A stretch of 64,000 nt of DNA from positions 688 to 64,687 of the forward strand of contig CAMDJH010000002.1 of assembly GCA_945900455.1 (NCBI GenBank), in the 5' to 3' direction. The notes below the pieces were generated by a model that saw only the letters and a list, made by a program, of their open reading frames with translations, ran no database searches and had not been told where the DNA came from. Source of the DNA: Akkermansia muciniphila. GTDB lineage: Bacteria; Verrucomicrobiota; Verrucomicrobiia; Limisphaerales; UBA9464. Positions 19,145-29,259 of this stretch are shown piece after piece; within the stretch, counting starts at the first letter, position 1; each line of letters opens with the position of its first letter. The translations under genes and the position numbers were made by a program.

Positions 19145-20535
19145 GATCCTTCCCATCCCCCGCATTTCTTGATGTTCGGATACGAGCATCGGTGCTAGCC
19201 CTTGCCGCAAGTGTAGCGATCGAGTCGGCGGTGGCGGCTGACCCGGCCGTCTCGTGGTTTCGAGACGTCACCCCGCTCTTCAAGCGCTCGTGTAATGGTT
19301 GCCACAATCCGAACAAGCGGAAGGGTGAGGTCGACACCTCCACCTACGCCGGGTTTGTAAGGCCTGGAAAACAGGGTCCTAATTTCCTGGCGGGAGATCC
19401 GGCCAAATCACGTGTTCTCGAAGAAATAGCCGGCAAGGAACCCTCCATGCCGAAGGAGGGCGATCCTCTGACCGCGGCCGAAGTGAACCTCATCGAGCGC
19501 TGGATCCGCGAGGGTGCCAGGGACGATACCCCGGCGGATGCCTATTCCACCCGACTCAAGGAACCGCCCACGTATGGCGCCCCCCCGGTGATCACCAGCG
19601 TAGCGTTTTCACCCGATGGACGCTGGCTGGCAATTTCAGGCTATCACGAGGTGCTGCTGCACTCGACCACCGCGTTGCAACTCAAGACCCGGCTCGTGGG
19701 AGAATCACCGCGGATCGAATCGATGGCCTTTTCACCCGACAGCCATTGGCTAGCCGTCAGCGGTGGAGCGCCCGCTCGGTTTGGAGAATTGCAGATTTGG
19801 GACCCGGCCACCGGCGGACTCACCAACGGCTTTAAGATTGGCGGCGACTGCGTGTTCGGCGTCTCATGGTCCCCGGACTCTCAGCGATTGGCCTTCGGTG
19901 GCGCGGATAAATCGGCACGGGTCGTCGCCGCCATCGATGGAAAAGAGTTGATGAAATTCGACAACCATAGTGACTGGGTGTTTCGCACCGCATGGATGGA
20001 TGACGGGAAGCGAATGCTGAGCGGCAGCCGTGATCGAGCGATGAAATTGATCAATACAGCCAACGGCCAGTTCATCGACGATATCAACAAACTTCTCGAA
20101 CCCGTGGTTTCCATGGCCCGGCATCCCAAGGAGGAATGGGCAGCCTATGGAGGGGCCGAGGGGGGTGTTCGAGTCTACCGGATGAAGGAGAATCAGGAGC
20201 GGACTTCCGGGAACAATGACGTCAACCTTGTTCGCGAATTCGAACGGCAAACGGGCACGGCTCATTCCATCGCGTGGAGCCCCGATGGTTCTCTGCTCGC
20301 AGTGGGAAGCACCGGTGAGGTTCGCGTGTACCAATCCGCCGATGGGAAACGTTCCGCAACGTTGAAAGGTCATTCTGGCGCGATTTTTGCACTGGCGTTT
20401 TCATCCGACGGGAAACAGTTGGTGACCGGGGGGTTTGAGGGACTCGTCCGGGTCTTTGATCCCGCCACCGGCGTGCTCCAGGCCGTCTTTACGCCCGTAC
20501 CCGCCGGAGCCGCCAAGCAGGTCGCCGCCCAATAA
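19141..20535 (+). CDS. Planctomycete-type cytochrome c (PSCyt1) domain fused to WD40 beta-propeller
   Basis: N-terminal CNGCH haem-c motif in the FKRSCNGCHNP context. Multiple WD40-like repeats (AFSPDG..LA.GG). Start overlaps the upstream stop (ATGA). Confidence 0.75.
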   Translation: MRSFPSPAFLDVRIRASVLALAASVAIESAVAADPAVSWFRDVTPLFKRSCNGCHNPNKRKGEVDTSTYAGFVRPGKQGPNFLAGDPAKSRVLEEIAGKEPSMPKEGDPLTAAEVNLIERWIREGARDDTPADAYSTRLKEPPTYGAPPVITSVAFSPDGRWLAISGYHEVLLHSTTALQLKTRLVGESPRIESMAFSPDSHWLAVSGGAPARFGELQIWDPATGGLTNGFKIGGDCVFGVSWSPDSQRLAFGGADKSARVVAAIDGKELMKFDNHSDWVFRTAWMDDGKRMLSGSRDRAMKLINTANGQFIDDINKLLEPVVSMARHPKEEWAAYGGAEGGVRVYRMKENQERTSGNNDVNLVREFERQTGTAHSIAWSPDGSLLAVGSTGEVRVYQSADGKRSATLKGHSGAIFALAFSSDGKQLVTGGFEGLVRVFDPATGVLQAVFTPVPAGAAKQVAAQ

Positions 20536-20598
20536 ACCCGTGCCCGCCCCGACAATGAGCCATCACGCTCGCGATGGATCTATCGTTCTGATTTTTCA

Positions 20599-23538
20599 AT
20601 GAAGCCGACCCTTGCCCGATTTGCGTCCCTACCGAACTCCCGCATCGCTCGCTTTCTCGCCGGAGTGAGCCTTGCTTTCGCGGTGGGGACGTCGACCGCC
20701 GCACGAACTCCCTGGACCGAGTCCCGTGTCCTCGGCTCCCCGGAGCCTCCGGCCCCATACCGCACGAAACCCGCCTTTCCCAATCTACATTTCGAGAATC
20801 CAGTACATCTGGTTTCCGTTCCTGGCACCAGCCTTCTGTTCCTCGCCCAGCAGAATGGCCGGATCTACTCGTTTCCCGCCGACCGCAAAACCACGGTCAC
20901 AAATCTCGTCCTCAACCTTCGCGATCATCACCAACCGTTCGATGCAATCTACGGCATGACGTTTCATCCAAAGTTTCGTGAAAACGGATTTATCTACCTG
21001 GCCTATGTCGAACCCGGTGGCCGAGCCAATGGTTCCTATGTCTCCCGTTTCACAGTGACCTTGGAACCAACTCCTCGGATCGATCCCACGTCCGAACTGG
21101 TCATCCTTCAATGGCTTTCTGGCGGCCACAATGGCTGCGATCTTCAATTCGGTGCAGACGGCTACCTGTACATCTCAACCGGTGATGGCGCACCGCCGGA
21201 TCCGCCGGACACCCTGCGAACCGGACAGCGAGTGGACGATTTGCTCGCTTCCATTCTGCGAATCGACGTGGACCACGCCGCGGCCGGGCGCAACTACCGA
21301 ATCCCGTCGAGCAATCCGTTTGTCAAAACACCCGGTGCTCGCGGCGAAGTTTGGGCGTATGGTTTCCGTAATCCGTGGCGGATCAGTTTTGGACCGGACC
21401 ACGCGCTTTGGGTGGGGGACGTCGGCTGGGAGTTGTGGGAAATGCTGCACGTGGTCCGCAAGGGAGGGTACAACGCCGGCTGGAGTTACGTCGAAGGTCC
21501 CAATCCGGCGGTGCGATCGGATGTTCTGCCCGGTCCGACGCCCATTCACAAGGCTCTGATTGTCCATCCCCATAGCGAAGCATCGAGCATCACCGGTGGG
21601 TTGCATGTGCGGTCCCGAAGACTGCCCGCCCTGACAGGCCGTTATGTCTACGGCGATTGGGAAACCGGCAAATTCTGGGCCGTTCGGAACAAGCGCGACA
21701 CGGTCACGTCAATGATCGAACTCTGTGATACCACCCTGCGACCGATTGCGTTCGGTTACGATCCGAAAGGCGAGCTTCTGATCTTGGATTATTCGGGTGG
21801 TATTCACGAGTTCGTATTGAATGACAAGGCCCATGATCCCGCCCGCTTTCCGCGACGATTGAGCGCTACGGGAATCTTCGCCGACACGGCAACTCAACGG
21901 CCGACTGACGGCGTGGTGGAGTATCGCATCCAAGCGACGATGTGGTCCGATTATGCGACGGCACGGCGCTGGATCGCAGCTCCCGGGACCAACGTTCTGG
22001 TGCCCGGCGAGAAATGGGGTTATCCGGCGGACACCGTCCTAGCGAAGACGCTCGAGCTAGATCTGGAAGCTGGGAAGCCTGAGTCCCGACGCAAGATTGA
22101 AACCCAGCTGCTGCATTTCGACGGGCAAACCTGGCGCGCCTATTCCTACCGTTGGAATGACGCACAGACGGATGCCGAATTGGTGCCCGCGGGTGGGACG
22201 AATTCCGTGATCCGGGTCAAGGATGCCGCCTTTTCGGGTGGCATTCGCGAGCAGAACTGGCGCTTCGCCAGCGGGACGGAATGTCTCCGTTGCCACAACC
22301 CATGGCCCGGCAACACGCTGGGCATCACGCTCGATCAACTCAATACACGCCCGCTTCACGAAGGGGCGGCCACCGAGGCCGGCCGGTTCATGCAGCTAGG
22401 CATGCTCGCCCCGCCAACCAATGGACTGGCCCTGCCACGAATTGCGGATCCCTACGATAATGCGCTTCCCGCAACCCATCGCGCCCGGGCGTGGTTGCAT
22501 GTGAATTGCTCGGCCTGTCACCGATTCGGCGCGGGTGGATCCGTGGTGACCTTTCTTAATCAAGAGGTCGACGCGATGGGGACCCGGGCGATCGATCAAA
22601 AGCCGATCCGCGGCGAATTTGGACTGACGGCAGCGCGAGTGATCGCCCCGGGTGAACCCTCCCGATCGACTCTATACTATAGGATTAATACCGAGAGTTC
22701 CGGACACATGCCCCACATTGGAGCGCGATTGGTCGACGAGCGCGGCACCGCCGCAGTCCGCGACTGGATTCGATCGCTTCCCGAAATCGTCCCCACAAAT
22801 TCAACGCCTTTCGATCCGGACCTCGCGATTGCAAAGCGGCAAAGTGCGAGCATCGTTGCCGCCATTCGAAGGTTAGGAGGCGCAAGCGACGGCGCGGAGC
22901 GGACGAAGCTGGTCCAGCAACTGACATCAACTGCGAGTGGCGCGCTCGCGCTTCTGGAAATCCTGCCGACCTTGAGCACTCCGGACCTCATCGCGACCGC
23001 AGTCGCTTCGACGAATTCGTTCGCGCGTGATCTCTTTGAGCGATTCCTTCCGGCGGAGCAACGGCGGCATACCTTGGGGCCCCAATTCGATCGAAAAACC
23101 GTCCTTGCACTCACCGGCAATCCGGACCGCGGCCGGCGCCTCTTTTTTTCGGATGGGGGGCCGAATTGCAGCCGATGTCATGCGTTGGGCGGCCACGGAC
23201 GGGCCTATGGACCGAACTTGGCGGGCATTGCCAAAAAATACAAACCCGCTGAGCTCCTTGATCAATTGGTCAATCCGTCAAAAATCATCGCCCCGGAATT
23301 CACTCTACGGATGATCGAAACTCGGGACGGACTGGCCTATTCCGGTTTTACGATTCGGGAATCGGCCTCGCAGCTCGTATTGCGGACGGAGGATCTGAAA
23401 GAAATGGCCTTCACGAAGTCCGAGTTGGCGACCGCCGTGAAAGCGGCAACTTCAGCCATGCCGGAAGGGTTGATCGACATTTTTACCGCTCAGGAAGCGG
23501 CGGACCTGCTGTCGTACCTCCGTAATCAGCGACCTTGA
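20599..23538 (+). CDS. Glucose/sorbosone dehydrogenase-like beta-propeller fused to a domain with three CxxCH haem-c motifs
   Basis: SGDH motifs (GMTFHPKF, LLASILRIDVD, YGFRNPWR). CLRCH, CSACH and C-terminal CSRCH motifs. Confidence 0.72.
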   Translation: MKPTLARFASLPNSRIARFLAGVSLAFAVGTSTAARTPWTESRVLGSPEPPAPYRTKPAFPNLHFENPVHLVSVPGTSLLFLAQQNGRIYSFPADRKTTVTNLVLNLRDHHQPFDAIYGMTFHPKFRENGFIYLAYVEPGGRANGSYVSRFTVTLEPTPRIDPTSELVILQWLSGGHNGCDLQFGADGYLYISTGDGAPPDPPDTLRTGQRVDDLLASILRIDVDHAAAGRNYRIPSSNPFVKTPGARGEVWAYGFRNPWRISFGPDHALWVGDVGWELWEMLHVVRKGGYNAGWSYVEGPNPAVRSDVLPGPTPIHKALIVHPHSEASSITGGLHVRSRRLPALTGRYVYGDWETGKFWAVRNKRDTVTSMIELCDTTLRPIAFGYDPKGELLILDYSGGIHEFVLNDKAHDPARFPRRLSATGIFADTATQRPTDGVVEYRIQATMWSDYATARRWIAAPGTNVLVPGEKWGYPADTVLAKTLELDLEAGKPESRRKIETQLLHFDGQTWRAYSYRWNDAQTDAELVPAGGTNSVIRVKDAAFSGGIREQNWRFASGTECLRCHNPWPGNTLGITLDQLNTRPLHEGAATEAGRFMQLGMLAPPTNGLALPRIADPYDNALPATHRARAWLHVNCSACHRFGAGGSVVTFLNQEVDAMGTRAIDQKPIRGEFGLTAARVIAPGEPSRSTLYYRINTESSGHMPHIGARLVDERGTAAVRDWIRSLPEIVPTNSTPFDPDLAIAKRQSASIVAAIRRLGGASDGAERTKLVQQLTSTASGALALLEILPTLSTPDLIATAVASTNSFARDLFERFLPAEQRRHTLGPQFDRKTVLALTGNPDRGRRLFFSDGGPNCSRCHALGGHGRAYGPNLAGIAKKYKPAELLDQLVNPSKIIAPEFTLRMIETRDGLAYSGFTIRESASQLVLRTEDLKEMAFTKSELATAVKAATSAMPEGLIDIFTAQEAADLLSYLRNQRP

Positions 23539-23560
23539 AGATGCGAATTGGCGACCGGAC

Positions 23561-23693
23561 GAACCGCGGATTCACACGGATTGACGCGGATAAGACCCAA
23601 GCGGTTGCCTCTCGCCTTCGTGCCTTCGTGAGTGAGCTCGCGAACGTTGAAACCTTGTCTGAATCAGCGTCTATCTGCGTGCATCCGCGGTTC
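23561..23693. repeat. Imperfect inverted repeat (about 33-nt arms, about 66-nt spacer) between convergent genes
   Basis: Left arm is gaaccgcggattcacacggattgacgcggataag. The reverse complement of the right arm is gaaccgcggatgcacgcagatagacgctgattc. About 27 of 33 positions pair. Confidence 0.6.
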
Positions 23694-23727
23694 CAACTCC
23701 GGCTTCCCATGTGAAACACGCTCAACT

Positions 23728-25323
23728 TCAAATCCGGGGCCAGTGCACGACGGAATCTCGTTGTGCCCACGCTGGGTCGGTGTGGGGAAAATCCAGATTG
23801 TAGTGGAGTCCTCGACTTTCCGGCCGTTGCAAGGCACACGCGACGATCAGTTCAGCGACGGTCGCAATATTCCGGAGCTCCAGCAGGTCGCTGGTAACGA
23901 TAAAATCCCAGTAATACTCGCGGATTTCTCCCTGCAGATTGGCAAGCCGGTTTTCAGCGCGGCGCAGCCGCTTATTCGTCCGAACGATCCCCACGTAATC
24001 CCACATTAAACGCCGGATTTCATCCCAGTTATGAGAAACCACGACGAGTTCATCGGCGTTGTGAGCTTTGCCCGTCTGCCAAGGGGGCACCGAACCAAGG
24101 GGTCCCGGGATCGCCTGCGACAGCACTCGGCGGGCCGCCCGGTGTGCGCACACGAGCGCTTCAAGGAGTGAATTGCTCGCGAGACGGTTGGCTCCATGGA
24201 GGCCGGTACAGGCAACCTCGCCCACCGCAAACAATCCCGGCAGATCGGTCTCGCCGTCCAACGTCGTTACGACGCCCCCACATTGATAGTGTGCCGCCGG
24301 CACCACCGGAATCCATTCCTTGGTAATGTCTAATCCTAATCCCAGGCAACGGCGGTAGATTGTTGGAAAATGGTCGATAATGAACGGTGCTGGTTTATGG
24401 GTTATATCAAGATAAACACACGGCGCACCGGTCCGCTTCATCTCGGAATCGATCGCCCGGGCTACAATATCCCGCGGTGCCAGTTCCTCGCGATCGTCGT
24501 ACCGTGCCATGAACTTTTTCCCATCCGCTGCGCGGAGCAATCCGCCTTCGCCGCGGACGGCTTCTGTGATCAAGAATGACTTGGCCTTCGGATGGTGAAG
24601 ACACGTCGGGTGAAACTGAATGAACTCCATATTGGCGATGGTCGCCCCCGCACGGTACGCCATCGCCACACCATCGCCGGTCGCAATATCTGGATTGGTG
24701 GTATACAGGTAGACCTTGCCGCAACCGCCCGTGGCTAAAACCACCACGGGTGCCAGGAACAGATCAACGCGACCCGCCGGGGCATTCAACACGTACACGC
24801 CTGCCACGCGATTTGGCCCCGACAGGCCCGCCTTGGCGGTCGTCACCAAATCCACGGCCACATGATTCTCGAAAACAAAAATGTTGCGGTGCGTCGCGAC
24901 CGCCGTGAGCAATGCACGTTCGATCTCCGCTCCGGTTGCATCCTTCGCGTGCAAAATTCGCCGGCGAGAATGCCCTCCTTCCCGCGTCAGATCGAGCTGA
25001 CCATCCCGCTCGGTAAACTGGGTTCCCAGGTTAATCAGTTCGGCAATCCGTTCCGGTCCCTCCTGAATGATGGTTCGGACGGCAGCTTCCCGGCATAATC
25101 CAGCCCCGGCGATCAGGGTATCCCGGACATGCAATGCGAAGGAATCTTCCGAACTGGTCACCGATGCGATTCCACCCTGCGCCCAATTCGTGTTAGAGTC
25201 CGCCCGGTTTTTTTTTGTAACAATTGCGACTCGTCCTTTTTCGGCGACCCGGAGGGCGAACGTCAGCCCCGCGATTCCGCTGCCAAGAATGAGGAAATCG
25301 AAGGAATGCGTTTCGGAGATCAT
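23728..25323 (-). CDS. nadB: L-aspartate oxidase
   Basis: FAD fold [12 protein letters not shown]. The succinate dehydrogenase/fumarate reductase flavoprotein-like core includes HPT, RGEGG and the C-terminal RPESRG motif. Confidence 0.92.
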   Translation of the reverse strand: MISETHSFDFLILGSGIAGLTFALRVAEKGRVAIVTKKNRADSNTNWAQGGIASVTSSEDSFALHVRDTLIAGAGLCREAAVRTIIQEGPERIAELINLGTQFTERDGQLDLTREGGHSRRRILHAKDATGAEIERALLTAVATHRNIFVFENHVAVDLVTTAKAGLSGPNRVAGVYVLNAPAGRVDLFLAPVVVLATGGCGKVYLYTTNPDIATGDGVAMAYRAGATIANMEFIQFHPTCLHHPKAKSFLITEAVRGEGGLLRAADGKKFMARYDDREELAPRDIVARAIDSEMKRTGAPCVYLDITHKPAPFIIDHFPTIYRRCLGLGLDITKEWIPVVPAAHYQCGGVVTTLDGETDLPGLFAVGEVACTGLHGANRLASNSLLEALVCAHRAARRVLSQAIPGPLGSVPPWQTGKAHNADELVVVSHNWDEIRRLMWDYVGIVRTNKRLRRAENRLANLQGEIREYYWDFIVTSDLLELRNIATVAELIVACALQRPESRGLHYNLDFPHTDPAWAQRDSVVHWPRI

Positions 25324-25439
25324 GGCTCGGTAGTCGGCAACGCAGAGGTGCCGACGGGGGCATGAGTGGGGGATGGCGCTGCGCTCCTAAAGAATTAAAA
25401 GATCACCCAACCAGACAGCCCGGGCCGCCTGCCCGAAGG

Positions 25440-25892
25440 TCAGACCCGTTTTGGCCTTAGAAGAATCACCTTCTTTTCGCTACCTTCGACTTCAACGCTG
25501 TGGGTCTCAATGTCGGGATCTTCCTTCAATGCCTGATGAACGATCCGCCGGTCGAAGGCATTCATGGGTTCAAGCTCGATAATATCGCCCCAACGTCGAA
25601 CCTTTTCGGCGGCGTCTTTCGCCCGCTTAATCAGTTGTTCCCGCGCCTGGGTCCGGTAACCGCCGACGTCGAGCATCACCTTGGGCGCCCGCTCGTCCCC
25701 TCGGAACAGCATCCGATTGAGGACGTACTGCAGGTCGCCCAGCGTCTGGCCCTGGCGGCCGATCAGGCGCCCCGGGTCATCGGTCTTGATGTCCAGCAAC
25801 AAGCCGTCGTCGTAGGTGTGCGATTCGACCGTGGCAGTAAATCCCAGAAGCGTTAGCAACTGTTCGAGGGTGGCTTTAGGTTCGAGCGACAT
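25440..25892 (-). CDS. jag: Jag-like KH + R3H RNA-binding protein
   Basis: KH motif LIGRQGQTLGDLQY and R3H region FDRRIVHQAL. Located directly downstream of yidC. Confidence 0.8.
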   Translation of the reverse strand: MSLEPKATLEQLLTLLGFTATVESHTYDDGLLLDIKTDDPGRLIGRQGQTLGDLQYVLNRMLFRGDERAPKVMLDVGGYRTQAREQLIKRAKDAAEKVRRWGDIIELEPMNAFDRRIVHQALKEDPDIETHSVEVEGSEKKVILLRPKRV

Positions 25893-25959
25893 GCGGATGA
25901 ATAAATAAAGGGTTTGTCTGATTTCCCGCCGGAGCGAGAACTGGAAAGAGCCGGCACGG

Positions 25960-27705
25960 TCACCGTCGCTTCACAGGGGCCGCTACCGTCACCGGTGTCG
26001 GTGTCGGTGCGCTTTTCGTCAATTTCGTCTGAAGGATCGTTAGCAGATTTTGCAGGGTCCAGTAAAGAGCCAAGCCACACGAGTAGTTGTAAATAACCAT
26101 CACAAACATCAGCGGCATGTACCGCATCATCTTCTGCTGCGCCGGATCCATCTGCGGCGACATCGGCGTCAGATGGGACTGCCACATGATTGTGATGATA
26201 TAAAACACCGGCATCAAATTGAACGGCAGGTGGAGGTACGGAATGACAAAGAGCGTGTCCGGCGACGACAGGTCGCACATCCAAAGAAAACTCGCTCCGC
26301 GCAGTTCGATGGCACTGCGTAGCATGGTAAACAGTCCGAAAAACACCGGAATCTGGATGAGCATCGGCAAGCAACCAACCGCGGGGTTGATTTTCTTTTC
26401 CCGCATGAACTCCATCATCTTTTGCTGCTGCTTCGTTGGATTGTCCTTGTACTTCTCCTTGAGCGCATTGAGTTGGGGTTGCATCTCGGCCATGCGTTTG
26501 GCGGATCGAGTGCTCATGGCCGTGAGTGGCCAGAACACGGCCTTGATCAGTGCCGTCAGCACGACGATGCACCAACCGTAGCCGAGGCCGAGATTATTGA
26601 GTCCGTTGAGACACAACAGGAGTAGCTTCGCAAAAAATGTCGCCCCAGGGAAAATACTGGCAAACCCCATCACTTCATCCAGTTTCGGCTCCAGGCGCTG
26701 TAACGTGAAATAGCGTTTGGGCCCCGCATAGACCTGGAATTTCCGCTCGACCCCCTGCCCGGGTGCCAGGTTGGTCGACGCAAAATGCATCAAGGTCCGC
26801 ACTCCCATCGGCAGACGAACCGCCTGCGGATCTTCCGCAATCTGCTCGGCCGGTGGCGGCGGCATGGAAATGTTATGGGCGGTTATATTGGTCGCCATCG
26901 AATCCGGCACGGTGACCATGGCGAAAAACTGATTGTGAATCGCCCCCCATACCACGCGACCATTGGCCTTGGCATCCATCTCCTGCAATGGCTTCGTCGG
27001 CACACATAAAAACCCGGGGACCGACACCCAACCGATGGTGTCCCGACTCTTATTTCCGTCGAACCACATCACACCCATCATGTCGGCGACATCGTGGGAA
27101 TTCATGGGCGTCGCCGTGCCGATCTCCCAGGATTGCACCGGAAGAGCAACCGCCTGGGTTGCGATATTTTGGATCCGAGCCGTGACGACAAATTGATGAT
27201 TCGATCCCAAGGTGAATTCCTTGACGATCCGCAATCCCGAGGTCGTGACCTTTTCAGCCCGAACGCCGGTCCCGGTCCGCGTCAAATCGTAGGCACCGTC
27301 CTCATCGAGTCCCTTGTCGAGCGCGAAGGCCGGGGCGAACCCACTTCGGTTGAGGGCGGCCAAATTGGTGGAGATAAATCGTTTATTTGGACCGCAAGGG
27401 ATTGCCTCTGGATATCCCTTGAGCGCGATTTCTTTCACGCCACCGCCGTGAGAAGTGACGGTAAAGATGTACTCGGGATTCTCGAGGATCATCCGCTGCT
27501 CGGAAGCCGCCGGTGGGACGCGCTGCGTTGACGAGGCGAGGGGGACGGCGGAGATTCCAGATTGAGCGTTCGCCAACGGAGTCGACAAAGGTCCATTGGA
27601 ACCCGCAGCCGCTCGCGATGCGGAATAGGAATGATTCATCCACCACATCCAGACCGCGAGGAGGACGAAGGAGACGCCAACAACAATTTTTCCCGTACGA
27701 TCCAT
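25960..27705 (-). CDS. yidC: Membrane protein insertase YidC
   Basis: N-terminal TM segment, large periplasmic domain, and conserved C-terminal 5-TM core (GWCIVVLTALIKAVFWPL, NPAVGCLPMLIQIPVFFGLF). Confidence 0.92.
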   Translation of the reverse strand: MDRTGKIVVGVSFVLLAVWMWWMNHSYSASRAAAGSNGPLSTPLANAQSGISAVPLASSTQRVPPAASEQRMILENPEYIFTVTSHGGGVKEIALKGYPEAIPCGPNKRFISTNLAALNRSGFAPAFALDKGLDEDGAYDLTRTGTGVRAEKVTTSGLRIVKEFTLGSNHQFVVTARIQNIATQAVALPVQSWEIGTATPMNSHDVADMMGVMWFDGNKSRDTIGWVSVPGFLCVPTKPLQEMDAKANGRVVWGAIHNQFFAMVTVPDSMATNITAHNISMPPPPAEQIAEDPQAVRLPMGVRTLMHFASTNLAPGQGVERKFQVYAGPKRYFTLQRLEPKLDEVMGFASIFPGATFFAKLLLLCLNGLNNLGLGYGWCIVVLTALIKAVFWPLTAMSTRSAKRMAEMQPQLNALKEKYKDNPTKQQQKMMEFMREKKINPAVGCLPMLIQIPVFFGLFTMLRSAIELRGASFLWMCDLSSPDTLFVIPYLHLPFNLMPVFYIITIMWQSHLTPMSPQMDPAQQKMMRYMPLMFVMVIYNYSCGLALYWTLQNLLTILQTKLTKSAPTPTPVTVAAPVKRR

Positions 27706-27744
27706 GAAAAGGCTAGGAGGTGCGGCCCGTGAGAGCCGGAGTTA

Positions 27745-28074
27745 TCAGAGGTGAACGCACTTCGATGGAGCTCGCTGCGTTGGGGGCGGCACTGGGTCCC
27801 ATCCGCCGGCATTCCAAGGATGGCAGCGGCAGAGTCGATGAACCGCAAGCACGGAACCCGTAATGGCTCCGTGGCGGGTTACCGCCTCCACCGCGTACGC
27901 AGAGCACGTTGGGCCGAAACGGCAGGCCGCCTGAGGTCCCAGGAGCACTTGTTTCCAGGGTGAAAGAAATCGACGATACACCCCCAAAAGGAGAAGCAAA
28001 CTCCCTTGCAACAGCGGCAGCGCGAATCTCAAACGACAGCGGCCTCCGGTCGCAATAGCTTTGCCCGCCGGCAC
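27745..28074 (-). CDS. yidD: Membrane protein insertion efficiency factor YidD
   Basis: YRRFLSP...[11 protein letters not shown]...HG...G..L...RL.RCHPW..GG.DPVP signature. The start is probably internal to the track ORF, which overlaps rnpA. Confidence 0.8.
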   Translation of the reverse strand: MPAGKAIATGGRCRLRFALPLLQGSLLLLLGVYRRFLSPWKQVLLGPQAACRFGPTCSAYAVEAVTRHGAITGSVLAVHRLCRCHPWNAGGWDPVPPPTQRAPSKCVHL

Positions 28075-28496
28075 GCGGCAACAAAATCGAACTCCACCCC
28101 AGCCAGGCCGAGGCTTCCAATCGATTTCCGGGCGATGATCACGAGATCAGACCCCTGTTGCAAACGGGTCCGATGAATGCGGAATGCCTCACGCAAAAGG
28201 CGCCGGGCGCGATTTCGCACCACCGCCCCGCCAATTCTGCGGCTGGTGATGACACCCAGGCGAGTGCTGCGGCTCGGAATCCCAACAGCGTCGATTCCAT
28301 TGATTCCATCAACGCTTCCGATGACCGCCTCCACCAAGCCACACTGCCAGTTGAGAATAAGACAGCCCTGAGTGAGGCGCTTGCCCGTGTCCTTGAGTCG
28401 GGTAAAATCCCGTGATTCGCGGATGCGGACGCTTCGCGGAAACGTCTGAATGAGTGATGCGGGCACGGAGTGAGAGCCAAGCCCCGCGGCGATCAA
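28029..28496 (-). CDS. rnpA: Ribonuclease P protein component
   Basis: Basic RNR-type motif [25 protein letters not shown]. Position between rpmH and yidD. Start uncertain (TTG in track). Confidence 0.8.
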   Translation of the reverse strand: MIAAGLGSHSVPASLIQTFPRSVRIRESRDFTRLKDTGKRLTQGCLILNWQCGLVEAVIGSVDGINGIDAVGIPSRSTRLGVITSRRIGGAVVRNRARRLLREAFRIHRTRLQQGSDLVIIARKSIGSLGLAGVEFDFVAACRRAKLLRPEAAVV

Positions 28497-28630
28497 ACCG
28501 GCGTCAAACGACTCCGTCCCTGTCGGCGGCGGTTGGACAAAGTAGCGCGACCCCCTCGAGTCGCCATGCGCGCCCGGAAGCCGTGCTGACGCTGACGTCG
28601 AATTTTGGAGGGCTGGTATTGGCGTTTCAT
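28493..28630 (-). CDS. rpmH: 50S ribosomal protein L34
   Basis: Not in the ORF track because it has only 45 codons. My translation is [45 protein letters not shown], which is the L34 signature. ATG at 28630, TGA at 28493-28495. Confidence 0.9.
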   Translation of the reverse strand: MKRQYQPSKIRRQRQHGFRARMATRGGRATLSNRRRQGRSRLTPV

Positions 28631-28636
28631 AAATGA

Positions 28637-28669
28637 TAAAAATCTGGCTCCCCGTTCACGGGAAGCCAG
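28637..28669 (-). terminator. GC-rich hairpin plus U-tract (intrinsic-terminator-like) between the FabZ-like gene and rpmH
   Basis: Minus strand reads CTGGCTTCCCG-TGAA-CGGGGAGCCAG (10 bp, 1 mismatch, tetraloop) followed by ATTTTTATCATTT, which runs straight into the rpmH ATG. Confidence 0.5.
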
Positions 28670-28671
28670 GG

Positions 28672-28699
28672 ACTTTAACTATCGATCGAGTGCAGTCAA
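28672..28699 (-). promoter_or_regulatory. Candidate sigma70-type promoter for rpmH
   Basis: Minus strand has TTGACT, 16 nt, then TAAAGT. This places the predicted transcription start at about the base of the hairpin. Pattern match only. Confidence 0.3.
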
Positions 28700-28750
28700 G
28701 CCTGCCCGACTTCCAAAAATGCCTGGATGCCTGATTGGCTCGCTGAAACC

Positions 28751-29224
28751 TCACCGGGGCACCACCCCCGCCAGAGTAATCTCACCCTGTAGCACAACAC
28801 GGTCACCTACGGATGCGTCGACCCGCGCCTGCAACAATCCTCCCATCCGGGCAAGGACCGTAGCCCGCAGTGTGATACGTTCCCCCGGACGAGCCGTCCC
28901 CAAGATCTTGATCGCCCGTACCGCGGTAAGTTTGAGTCCGTCCAGGGGTTGCTGCCTTCGATCACACTGTGCAACCACCCCCGCTAACTGGGCGACCGCT
29001 TCAATGATCAAGACTCCGGGCATCATCGGTTCGCCGGGAAAATGGCCGCGAAGGAATACCTCGTCCCCGCGCACGGTATAAAGACCAACCCCGCGCACGC
29101 CAGGATCCACCTCGATCACACGATCCACGAAACGGAACTCGGGGCCGTGAGGCAGCTTCTCGAGGGCGGATTTGGCAGGATCAATGGAAATCATGACTGG
29201 AAATCGAATGGTGCGAGACCCCAC
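28751..29224 (-). CDS. FabZ/FabA-type 3-hydroxyacyl-ACP dehydratase (hotdog fold)
   Basis: LPHGPEFRFVDRV ... LRGHFPGEPMMPGVLIIEAVAQ with catalytic His and Glu in canonical context. Confidence 0.8.
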   Translation of the reverse strand: MGSRTIRFPVMISIDPAKSALEKLPHGPEFRFVDRVIEVDPGVRGVGLYTVRGDEVFLRGHFPGEPMMPGVLIIEAVAQLAGVVAQCDRRQQPLDGLKLTAVRAIKILGTARPGERITLRATVLARMGGLLQARVDASVGDRVVLQGEITLAGVVPR

Positions 29225-29259
29225 ACCGAATTGGCCTCCGTCCGTCTCGCCGGGAACGG

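Noticed and set aside
28631-28750. Possible replication origin next to the rpmH-rnpA-yidD-yidC-jag cluster.
   Set aside because: No dnaA or dnaN gene is adjacent. I see no cluster of TTATCCACA-like boxes and no AT-rich unwinding element. The spacer is only 120 nt and is explained by a hairpin plus a candidate promoter.
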